Shown one piece after another: positions 24,939 to 41,214 of a stretch of DNA of 64,000 nt. The notes beneath the pieces are model-generated. The model saw only the letters and a program-made list of their open reading frames with translations. It did not search any database and was not told where the DNA came from. Location of the stretch: NCBI GenBank assembly GCA_051362555.1, contig CM120644.1, positions 23,396,534 through 23,460,533 on the forward strand, written 5' to 3'. Positions within the stretch are counted from its first letter, which is position 1, and each line of letters begins with the position of its first letter. This DNA is from Lingula anatina. Its lineage: Eukaryota; Animalia; Brachiopoda. A program made the position numbers and the translations under genes.

Positions 24939-25053
24939 CACAGGGAGCCAGTGTTCAAGACACCTATGACTTTCAGTCCTCGTTTGGTAGGAGAGCAGGC
25001 AAGACCATCCCCATCCAGAGTTGATGTGTGGAGGGAACAGCTAGGCTTAGATG
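24939..25053 (+). CDS. Coding exon, putative N-terminal region of the KIFC3-like gene (copy 59771-59885)
   Basis: ctcacag|HREPVFKTPMTFSPRLVGEQARPSPSRVDVWREQLGLD|gtaagg. Canonical sites, and its phase-1 end matches the next exon. Confidence 0.65.
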
Positions 25054-25404
25054 GTAAGGAAAGGCTAAATAAACCTGTACATGTACTGTTATGTCCTTAA
25101 AAAGCTTATAATGTTACTTTTGTTCGAGAAAAAATTGATCTTGATAGTCTAACATTGAAATAGAACCACATATGTTTTATCACAAATTTCACTGTTTGGA
25201 AATTTGTCAATATTTGGGGTTCATATCTTATCAGAGGAGTATAAAAAGTTGTAAAAAGTTCAGTTTATCAGTGTGATTTATGCTTTTGGTATGGCTTTAT
25301 TTTTTCTACTTATTTATCATTTGAAAATACACAATTTATATTTGAATAATTTGATAAAAATGCTATTATATTGCTGACATTGTATTTCTCTGTTCTGTGC
25401 CCAG

Positions 25405-25482
25405 ATGACCCGTATGGATGTAATGGTCAGCCGGACATGCCCAGCTCTGATGAAGAAGAACTAGAGCAGTATCAGCCACAGG
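25405..25482 (+). CDS. Coding exon, putative N-terminal region of the KIFC3-like gene (copy 60237-60314)
   Basis: cccag|(D)DPYGCNGQPDMPSSDEEELEQYQPQ|gtgagc; phase 1 to phase 1. Confidence 0.6.
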
Positions 25483-25628
25483 GTGAGCAAGTCCACTCAG
25501 CCATCTGGGGCTGGTTTTACTGGAAGTCTAAAGTAAGTTTTGGGGCTTACATCTTTGCCTGATAGAGGACTAAATTTTTTTTAATAGTATCAGAGATCTG
25601 AATGTCCTTTGTCTGTATATCAAGTTTA

Positions 25629-28549
25629 TTGTACCACCAGCGTAGGCGCTGGCGGTACACATGGTTTTAGTCCCGACCCGCATGTTCCACTGGCTCCGTT
25701 GGCTCCGCCGGCTCCTCTGGCTCCGTCGCCATCTCACCATTACCGCTGCTCCTCCTAGACGGTAAGGGCCTCCGTACCCATCTCTTGGATTTAGGTCACC
25801 TATAATCTCAACTCGTTCCACGTAAAATTTGGGCTTTGTCGGTGCTGGGGTCTAGGTGTGGCACTCATTACAATACACCCTTGTCCAAAAATGGCAAAAT
25901 TACATGCTAATTATCTCCCCTACGGAAGGAATTATGGGAAACATTTCTACAGACAGCTTTCCAAAAGTCATATGTGTAGATTTCAAATATGCCCTTGGAT
26001 TTGACCTTTGACCTTTATTTCAAGGTCAAACGGGCCAAAATTTTCAAAAAACAAAATTTTTGCCGAAAAAAAAATTATTTGCGGTCTTATTCAGACACCA
26101 CTCAGACTTAACTACTTATATTAATGGAAAGTGTTACCCTTCGGGTCATCTTTCATCTCCATGAATTTGGGGTCAATCGGTGCATTTTCACGGGAGTAGC
26201 GGCCATAAGATATCGAAACTGAAAACTGTCTCTAATTCGGGAACCGTTAATGCTAGACATCCATTCTTTTTTGCATTTTGTAGAGCATGTGAAGCCCAAC
26301 ACTGAAAGTGGTCTCCGTTTTTTTTGTATTCCATACGGTTTTCGAGTTACGCTGTATCAAAAAGTACATATTGGTGGTGAAAGCAAAATGAGCAGTACGG
26401 TAATGGATAATAAATTTTGAACTCCGGAAAAATAAAACATAAGGCTTGGCAAAGCAGACAACTTGTGGTCAAAAATGACATTATTTCATCAAATTTGAAC
26501 ATCTGGAACTTCAGAGCACCTCCCATTTCAAGAATTTTGACCAAAATGACCTTTTCTTTATTTTAATTAATTTTTTCTGTAGGAAATTTATGGCACATTA
26601 TGGTAACTCCAAAATTATAACATTTAGTCCCTTATATCTCCAAAACTGGCAGAGATAGGTCCATAGTTACTATTGAAGTTGAATAGGAAGTCATATACTG
26701 GCAATCTGAATGTGACCTTAAAATTGACCTTTGACCTACTTTTCACCATGAACTGAACTTTGCAAATTTTGCTTCCTTTTTATCTCCAAAACTGGCAGAG
26801 ATAGGTCCATAGTTTCTATTGAACTTGAATAGGAAGTCATATACTGGCAATCTTAACGTGACCTTAAAATTGGCCTTTGACCTACTTTTCACCATGAACT
26901 GAACTTTGCAAATTTTGCTTCCCTTTTATCTCCAAAACTGGCAGAGATAGGTCCATAGTTTCTATTGAAGTTGAATAGGAAGTCATATACTGGCAATCTA
27001 AATGTGACCTTAAAATTAACCTTTGACCTACTTTTCACCATGAACTGAACTTTGCAAATTTTGCTTCCTTTTTATCTCCAAAACTGGCAGAGATAGGTCC
27101 ATAGTCTCTATTGAAGTTGAATAGGAAGTCATATACTGGCAATCTACATGTGACCTTAAAATTGACCTTTGACCTACTTTTCACCATGAACTGAACTTTG
27201 CAAATTTTGAGTCCCTTTTATCTCCAAAACTGGCAGAGATAGGTCCATAGTCTCTATTGAAGTTGAATAGGAAGTCATATACTGGCAATCTAAATGTGAC
27301 CTTAAAATTGACCTTTGACCTACTTTTCACCATGAACTGAACTTTGCAAATTTTGCTTCCCTTTTATCTCCAAAGTTACGCTGTATCAAAAAGTACATAT
27401 TGGTGGTGAAAGCAAAATGTGCAGTACAGTAATGGATAATAAATTTTGTACATAAGGCTTGGCAAAGCAGACAACTTGTGGTCAAAAATGACATTATTTC
27501 ATCAAATTTGAACATCTGGAACTTCAGAGCACCTCCCATTTCAAGAATTTTGACCAAAACGACCTTTTCTTTATTTTAATTAATTTTTTCTGTAGGAAAT
27601 TTATGGCACATTATGGTAACTCCAAAATTATAACATTTAGTCCCTTATATCTCCAAAACTGGCAGAGATAGGTCCATAGTTACTATTGAAGTTGAATAGG
27701 AAGTCATATACTGGCAATCTAAATGTGACCTTAAAATTGACTTTTGACCTACTTTTCACCATGAACTGAACTTTGCAAATTTTGCTTCCTTTTTATCTCC
27801 AAAACTGGCAGAGATAGGTCCATAGTCTCTATTGAAGTTGAATAGGAAGTCATATACTGGCAATCTATATGTGACCTTAAAATTGACCTTTGACCTACTT
27901 TTCACCATGGACCGAACTTTGCAAATTTTGAGTCCCTTTTATCTCCAAAACTGGCAGAGATAGGTCCATAGTCTCTATTGAAGTTGAATAGGAAGTCATA
28001 TACTGGCAATCTAAAAGTGACCTTAAAATTGACCTTTGACCTACTTTTCACCATGAACTGAACTTTGCATATTTTGCTTCCCCTTTATCTCCAAAACTGG
28101 CAGAGATAGGTCCATAGTTACTATTAAACGTGAATAGGAAGTCATATACTGGCAATCTAAGTGTGACCTTGAAATTGACCTTTGACCTACTTATTATCAT
28201 GAACTGAACTCTGCTAATTTCTTTCTCTTTTATCTCCAAACCTGGCAGAGGTAGGCCCATAGTTACTATTGAAGTTGAATAGGAAGTCATATACTGGCAA
28301 TTTACTGTGACCTTGGAATTGACCTTTGACCTACCTTACGATGAACTTAACTTTGACTGTACCATTTTTAGTTATATATATTTTTTTTGCATATTTTGAA
28401 AATTCTTGTTGATTGCATTTTTACAGCTTGTCAAGCACAAGACTGGTGGCTGTGTTCCTTATTTTGTATATGTGGGGGTCTATACAAATGCGCTTGCTCC
28501 AGCTGGTGGTACAATATTCGGAGGCGGTATCGCCTCTCTGATCCTTTAG
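25629..28549 (+). mobile_element. Helentron-type element family A with an internal ~1-kb duplication
   Basis: Same termini as 16389-18410. Two 146-bp arrays (~5 and ~4.7 units) separated by a restart at 27374 of the sequence from 26346. Confidence 0.9.
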
Positions 28550-28579
28550 TTTTTTTTTTTTTTATTTATTGATTTTACA

Positions 28580-28960
28580 AGTGTCACCACTGTCTCATTA
28601 TCAGTTGTCACAATTGCCCTCCTTCATTGCGACATTATGTCTCTGTCACTGTCACAAACTCTTCATTGTGCCAGAAATGTTTGTCATTTTGTGATTGTCT
28701 TCATTGTGCAACATTGTCCACATTGTGTCATAATTTCCACATTGTTTCATTATGTTCTCATTATGTCACATTGTCTTCATTGTGTAATATTGTCCTCATT
28801 GTGTCATATTGCCCTCAATTTGTCACACTGGCCTCATGTCACATTGTCCTTATGTCACATTGTCCCCATTGTGTCACTGTGTCCACATTGTGTCACACTG
28901 ACCTCATTGTGTCACACTGTCATCATTATGTCACATTGTCCTCATTGTGTCATATTGCCC
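28580..28960 (+). repeat. Degenerate cattgtgtcacattgtcct-type minisatellite abutting the splice acceptor (copy 63483-63862)
   Basis: Many imperfect ~19-bp units (cattgtgtcacattgtcct). Confidence 0.85.
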
Positions 28961-29055
28961 TCCTTCCAGGGACCCAATGAGGACCCAGGTATCAACCAGA
29001 GAGGACTGATGGAGCTGTTCAGGGAGACTGCTGACAGGGCTCTGGAGTGGCAGTA

Positions 29056-29920
29056 TGACATCACAGTCAGTATAATGGAGATCTACAATGAAATGATCAG
29101 GTAAAGTGTGACATCACAGTCATTGTGATGGAGATCTACAATGAAATGATCAGGTAAAGTGTGACATCACAGTCAGTGTGATGGAGATCTTCAATGAAAT
29201 GATCAGGTAAAGTGTGACATCACAGTCAGTGTGATGGAGATCTACAATGAAATGATCAGTTAAAGTGTGACATCACATGATGGAGATCTACAATGAAATG
29301 ATCAGGTAATGTGTGACATCACAGTCAGTGTGATGGAGATCTACAATTGATCAGGTAAAGTTGTGATGTCACAGTCAGTGTGATGGAGATGTACAATGAA
29401 ATGATCTGGTAATGTGTGACATCACAGTCAGTGTGATGGAGATCTACAATGAAATGATCAGATAATGTGTGACATCACAGTCAGTGTGATGGAGATCTAC
29501 AATTGATCAGGTAAAGTTGTGATGTCACAGTCAGTGTGATGGAGATGTACAATGAAATGATCAGTTAAAGTGTGACATCACAGTCAGTGTGATGGAGATC
29601 TACAATGAAATGATCAGGTAAAGTGTGACATCACAGTCAGTGTGATGGAGATCTACAATGAAATGATCAGGTAAAGTGTGACATCACAGTCAGTGTGATG
29701 GAGATCTACAATGAAATGATCAGGTAAAGTGTGACGTCACAGTCAGTGTGATGGAGATCTACAATGAAATGATCAGGTAAAGTTGTGATGTCACAGTCAG
29801 TGTGATGGAGATCTACAATGAAATGATCTGGTAATGTGTGACATCACAGTCAGTGTGATGGAGATCTACAATTGATCAGGTAAAGTGTGATGTCACAGTC
29901 AGTGTGATGGAGATCTACAG
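29056..29920 (+). repeat. 53-bp minisatellite (~16 units) copied from the kinesin exon 3' end plus splice donor
   Basis: Unit tgacatcacagtcagtgtgatggagatctacaatgaaatgatcag|gtaaagtg; the first unit is the real exon end. Confidence 0.95.
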
Positions 29921-30512
29921 TAGCACTACTATTTTCTGGTAATTGACTGATAAATTATGCGTTGGAGTATAGTAAAAAACATTGGAATTTTCAAAATTGG
30001 TCTGGATTTATCTGGAATTTAGCAGTAAGATTTATTTCATTGATCATATATGTCATCTAGCTCCTTAAATATGATACTTTACATAGGCACGACTCTAGAA
30101 CAATATCAGTAATTAAATATATTATATAAAGTCCATGTTAAATATTTATATAAATTAAAAAGTATATATAATTAATGTGATATAAATATGAATTTTATTA
30201 AATATCAGATACTTGTTGAGTTCTTAGCCCATCTATGAAACAGATGTAAAGACGATCAGTCCCAAATCTGGTAGATAACAGTATAACATACAATATGATT
30301 TTAATGTTATCAATCCCCAGAGACCTTTTGAGTTCTGACCCCAGCTACAAGATGGAGGTGAAGATGAGCCCCGAGGGGGGTCTGTATGTCCCAGGGCTGA
30401 CCACCATCAGGGTCCAGTCTGTGGAGGATATTAATGAGGTGAGGACATCGACTAAGTTACCATGCCAACATGATATAAGGTGCTTTGGTCACACATTTAT
30501 GGAATTGCAATC

Positions 30513-33199
30513 TAGTCCGGTGGCTTAAGGAAAAAATCGTGACACGGCGGATAAAAGCACTAAATTTTGCATGTGGGTACCTTTTCACATACTAAATCAA
30601 ATTAGAGCCGTAGCCCACGGAAAAAAATTACCGTTTGGCCAAAAAATCCAAAATGGCCGCCAATTTATGGAATTCTATAGAAATGTGTACATACCTATGT
30701 TGATTTTTATCAAATAAATTATTTCTCAGAGTTTTCCACACCCTTATTACTCATTTTATTCATATATGTCAGATAGCAAACAAGTTCCCTTGGACTTTTT
30801 GAAAAAATCCAAGATGGCTGACATATGCCATAGAAACAGCCATAGGAATACTAGTGCACAACTAATACTAGCTAGAAAGATACGTTATCCACTATCAAAT
30901 TAAATCTGTTTCTCAGATTTTTGTTACCCACATAATATGTTTGTGGTGAGTAACTACGAAGTGTTCTTGGGCATTTTGGAAAATCCAAGATGGCTGCCAT
31001 GTGCCACAGGAATTCTAGTATACGGGGGAATTCAGCTAATGGCAAATGGGAAGATTAATTTTCCACTATCAAATTAAGTTTGTTTCTGGGTGTTTTCCAC
31101 ATCCTTTCCACCCACACAATATGTATGTGGTGAGTAACTAACATGTATTCCTGGGCAATTTGAGAAAATCCAAGATGGCCGCCACATGTCATAGGAATAC
31201 TTCTAGTATTACTAAGGGTTGGAACTAATGCCAACTAATTCACTATCAAATTCAGTTTTTTTTTAGTGTTTTACACATAATTATTACACTGTGATACATA
31301 TCTAGCAGGTAATAAATGTGCATGTTTGATCATTATGAGAAAATCAAAGATGGCCGTCATTTGCCGTAGGAATACTGCTGGAATTACAACTGCACATCCA
31401 TGGCTTTTCACCCTGGTAGTAGATGAAAAGTAGTAGATGTGTTTGCTTATCAAGTTTTGCCCATCCTTATTAGTCCTATGATATATATCTGGTGGGTAAA
31501 TAATGTACATCCTTGGGCATTCTGAGAAAATCCAAGATAGATACAATTTGACATAGGAATACAAATGGGTGGATCAATTGCTGCTAGAGAGGCATATGGT
31601 TTATTATACAATCACACTACCATGGGTTTGTTTTAAAAAAAATTTATGTTTTTCATTCCATTTATTATTACTCCTATGATGTATACCTGCTCTGTAGCAT
31701 GTGCGTATCTTTGAGTATTCTGGAAAAAATTCAAGATGTCTGTCTTTTGTCATTAGAATATTCGAATACATAATAAAATAATGCCAGAGATACACTGAGT
31801 ACAATTTAAATGCAGTTAACTTTAGATCGTTTTTAAATGTTTTTCATATCCTATCTATCCTTATGAAAGACTCTGTGTGCGTAGAAAGTGTATGTATCCT
31901 TGAGTATTATTCGAAGAAAACCCAAGTTAGCTGCCAGTTGTCATAGGAATATATCATTCAAATGCAAATAGGTGTCAATTAATGGAACAGTTCAGACATT
32001 GATTCCAACATGAAATAAAGCCGTTTGATGTTCAAACATGCTGACATCCTTATTAACCTTACTCTATATAAATCTGGTGTGTAGCAAGTGTGCATCTTAC
32101 AGATTTGAGAAAATTCAAGATTGCTGCAATTCACAATAGGAATAGTACATTCAACTACTGCCAGAGAGACATTGGGTTCAATGTAAAATTAATTTTGTTT
32201 CTCGGTATTTCCCACATTCTTTTTGAACTTTGAGATATCTATCTGGTGGGTAACAAGTGTGTACCCTTAAGTATTTTGACAAAATATCATGATTACCCTC
32301 ATTTGCCTTAGAAGTGCCTATAAAATCTAATGCACCAGTTTTCCTATGGGGAAAAGAAGGCCATCTTGTATTTCCCCAAAATGATAAAATATGGACATTA
32401 ATTACCTAACAGATATGTATCATGAAATAATAATACTAAAAAAAAAACAGAATAAAAACTGAATTCAGCTTCATTGTATATGTAAGCCTATCTCCCGCAG
32501 GTATTAACTGAACCCCACCTTCTATGGCTAATGGCAGCCATTTTGTTTTGTTTTCTTTTCAAAAAGGATACACATAACATTTTCATCATATATATATTAT
32601 GTGAATAAAAAAGATGTGGAAAATACTCAGAATCAAACCTAACTTATCAATTAATATTATATCTCCATGGCAGAAGAAGCCCTATGTGTATACTAGTATT
32701 CCTTTGATATGGCGGCCATCTTGGATTTTTCTCGAAATGCCTGAGAATTAAGGTTAGTCACTCACCACAAATATATCATTTGTGTAATAAGAAACAATTA
32801 GATAGTGGGCAATGCATCTTCCTTGTTGGCATTAGTTAGTTGAAAACCCATGAACATGATCTAGTATTCCTATGCCATATGGCGGCCATCTTGGATATTT
32901 CAAAAAGTCCATGGACACTTGTTTGCTATCTGACACATATGCATAATATGGGTAACAAGGATGTGGAAAACATTGAGAAAATACTTAATATGATAAAAAT
33001 CAACATAGGTATGTGTATATTTCTACAGAATTTCACAAATTGGCGGCCATTTTGGATTTTTGGACAAACGGTACATTTTTTCCGTGGGCTACGGCTCTAA
33101 TTTGATTTAGTATGTTAAAAGGTACCCACATGCAAAATTTGGTGCTTTTATCCGCCGTGTCACGATTTGGCAATTTTTTTGCCCTAAGCAACCGGACTA
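30513..33199. mobile_element. Non-autonomous Academ-like foldback DNA transposon
   Basis: Termini TAGTCCGG...CCGGACTA, 3-bp TSD ATC, TIRs of several hundred bp with repeated aaaatccaagatggc motifs; no ORF. Confidence 0.8.
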
Positions 33200-33725
33200 A
33201 TCTGTACAAACATAAGCACGTGCTCGTCCATATATTTTGGTATATTGTCCTTCTGGCTGAAAAGACTAAAATTTATTGGCATGCACATGTAGACAGATGG
33301 ACAGCACGCACACGTGCACACACACTCGCATGCACTGTTTTAAATGAAATGTGTGCATGGATTGGAAAAGTTGGTTATCGATCTTTAAAAGCATCAAAAT
33401 GACAATTAAAAATGTGTATATTATAGTATTTCACACCAGTACTTTGCCATCTTCATCAATAGCAGACAGCCTGTTGTTTTAAAAGACTTCCTGTGAGAGT
33501 GTATATCTTGTTCCTTTCAGACCTTTGCCCTAGGACACAGGAACAGAGCGACAGCATGCACGAACATGAATGAGCACTCCTCCCGCTCGCATGCTCTGCT
33601 CTGTGTGAACGTGATTGGGAGGAACAAAACTACTGGAGCCAAGACTGTGGGTGAGTAGAAATGGTAAAATCAATAAAAATAGATAAAACAATTCTTTATT
33701 TCAGATACACAGCTCTGTTTTTTTT

Positions 33726-35505
33726 ATGTACAGACACAGATGTGTCTGTACATATTCCCATCACCTGCGTCTGTCGTCGCCAGCGCCGTGCACTTTCCTT
33801 GTAGACACGATAAGTGGAAGGCAGTTTTACTTTTTGGCTTTATATTTACAGAGCTAATGAATATTCATAAAACGCAGGTCAAGTTCGAAAATCAGCATGA
33901 TCGGGTCATTATTGTAGAAGTTATGCTGTTTTTTCACTTTTCAGCATATATGCAACACTGTAAACACATTTCAAGGAAAACCGATAGGCCTGTTGTCATG
34001 AAACTTACAGGTGTAATCGATCTTACTAAAATGCAGGTCAAGTTAAAAAAATTGGCATGATCGGGCCACAATTTTAGTAGTTATGCTCTTTTTTTTTTTA
34101 ACTTTTCAGCATATATGCAACACTGTAAACACAATATAAGAAAAACAGATAGGCCAATTGTCATTAAACTCACAGGAGTGGTCAATCCTGTTAAAACGCA
34201 GGTTGAGTTAAAAAAATCAGCATAAACGGGCCATTATTTTAGAAGTTATGCTGTTTTTTCACATTTCCTCAGATTCAATTCTTAGGCATGTTAACAGTTT
34301 CATTATTTAATTAATAAGATATGTAAAAGTGTTTGTTTGACATTTCCTGCATCTTTACAACATTGTTAGTTGATTTTGTAAAAATGATGGTAAACTTGTT
34401 GTCGTGTATTATGTAATAAAGTTTCAAAAATGGAAATAAACTCATATCATTGCAGTTTGTCAGATTCAATCATTCACTATGTTCAGAATCTCAGAATGGA
34501 AGAAATTGGACATTTAACACTGCTCTATTGATATTTTTCCCATCTCATCAATTTTCTTAGTTGATCATATAAAAACGGTAGTAAACTGTTAATTTTGTTT
34601 TATGTTAGAAATTGTTAAAACTGGAAAAAAAAAAACATTTCAGAACATTGCTGTCTTGTTTACATTTTGGCATTTTCAAGTTGTGACTTTGAAGTTCCAT
34701 CAGCCTGAAGACCTTTGCTAGTCACATTTTCTGAATATCCATAATACTAATATTTTATTATTAAAATTGATGATCATTATGCTGTTAAACATTATGTAAT
34801 ATTGCATCAAAATTTGAAAAAAAAACTATTTTGGGCACTGCTCCCATGATGACCATTTAAGAAAAAACATGTCACTTACTGTTCTCAAACTTATAGGAAA
34901 GAAACATGGGACTAAAATACAGCTTCAGTAGGCAATGCAGTCTGTCTGGTAATTCTTACTGCCAGTTAAACGTTTTTTTTTTTTTTTTTTCTTTTGTGAA
35001 AATTTAATTTTTCACATATTTTCAAGGTGTGACTTTGAAGTTCCACGGGCTTGAAGACCCATGCTAGTCACATTTTCTGAAAATCCATGATACGTATATT
35101 TTATTATTAAAAATTAACAGTCATTATGCTGTTAACCATTATGTAATATGGCATCAGAATAGAAGAAAACACAATTTTGGGTGCTGCTGCCATGATGACC
35201 ATTATGGGAAAACCATGTTACTTATGATTGCCAAACTTTCAAAAAAGAAATACAGGAGTAAAATGCAGCCTGAGTTGGAAAAACAGTCTAATTGGCTTCT
35301 TTTTCTGGAAGTTATACATTTTCAAAGTGTGAACTTGTTACACATTTTACTTACATTGGTATTACCTGTTGAGCATAATTAAAATTTGATGTTGAATTTG
35401 CAGTTTAACATAATGTACTTTTGCATCAGAATTGACAGTAGCCTATTTTGTGCATAGTTATTTCCTGTTTTTTGTCTGTACATTTGACAGCTTTGCTGCC
35501 TTGTT
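33726..35505 (+). mobile_element. Helentron-type element family B, near full length
   Basis: Poly-T flank, subterminal IR atgtacagaca/tgtctgtacat, 5' hairpin, internal tandem repeats, 3' hairpin cagc-ttt-gctg. A short remnant also lies at ~39096-39270. Confidence 0.75.
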
Positions 35506-35807
35506 TTAAAATTAGATTGCAAATTACCTGAGCTTATAAATGGTATAAATTACACATTGCTAAAAGAGAGATTTGAAAGGGATGTCATATATGCGACCTG
35601 TGATCAGGCTGGTCACAGTTTTGCCAGCACTGCAGCTAGACAGTGGTTACTGTGGCACCCCTGGCGCATTGTGATATGTATACCTATTATAGATTGCATT
35701 AATTCTGAAAAAATAATTTGATATTTCTCCTTATAGTTATTATGACTTTCTGAACACAAATATGCCCTTTTTTAGGAAACTCTGCTTCTCTCTCTCCCTC
35801 CCCTCTA

Positions 35808-35851
<44 letters not shown>

Positions 35852-36304
35852 GAAATTGGAATATTCCAAGTGCATTATGTCTGATATTCCCATCATGATA
35901 TGCATATTATAATATTTAAAATGCCTGATTGCCAATATTGTAACTTATCATACTCGTTATATAATAAATAATAATAACAATAATGTTCATTTGCAACCAA
36001 AATACCAGTAGTCAGATTGTAAAACTATTAATTGTTATATTCACTTGATAAGAATAAGATAAATAAAATTGTTAATTGTTTTTAAAAAGTGCTTAGGTGA
36101 AATAAAACATTTATTATTTATTTAACTATATTTATTGATGGTAAAATGGTAGGTCTATGTAAACTTTATCTTCTCCGGGGCCCTCATGAGGCTAGTAAAA
36201 GTACACAAATAAAACCTCCATTAAATTAGTGAAAAATATAAAGTATTGTATTGACTAATAAATCATACATTGTCCAAATTGTTTCCATTGTCTAAAGACA
36301 GTAA

Positions 36305-41047
<4,743 letters not shown>

Positions 41048-41183
41048 GGAAGATGACAAAAATAACAAATGAAACGTGGCAGAATAAGACATCCTTTTCT
41101 GTAAGGGAAAGGAGGTAAAAGAACCCTGAAGGAATGACGAAATTGTAAAAGAGAGTTGAAAACATATGGCTTTTATTTTTATT

Positions 41184-41214
<31 letters not shown>

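Larger units (their letters stand above)
28970..33650 (+). pseudogene. KIFC3: Kinesin-14 (KIFC3-like) motor-domain fragment: exons 28970-29100, 30321-30438, 33521-33650
   Basis: Spliced in frame: GPNEDPGINQRGLMELF..WQYDITVSIMEIYNEMIR/DLLSSDP..GGLYVPGLTTIRVQSVEDINE/TFALGHRNRATACTNMNEHSSRSHALL..TGAKTVG. Contains switch I (SSRSH). P-loop and DLAGSE exons not found. Confidence 0.85.

Noticed and set aside
28627-28969. Cys/His-rich ORFs resembling a metal-binding protein
   Set aside because: Translation of the cattgtgtca minisatellite upstream of the true acceptor at 28969.
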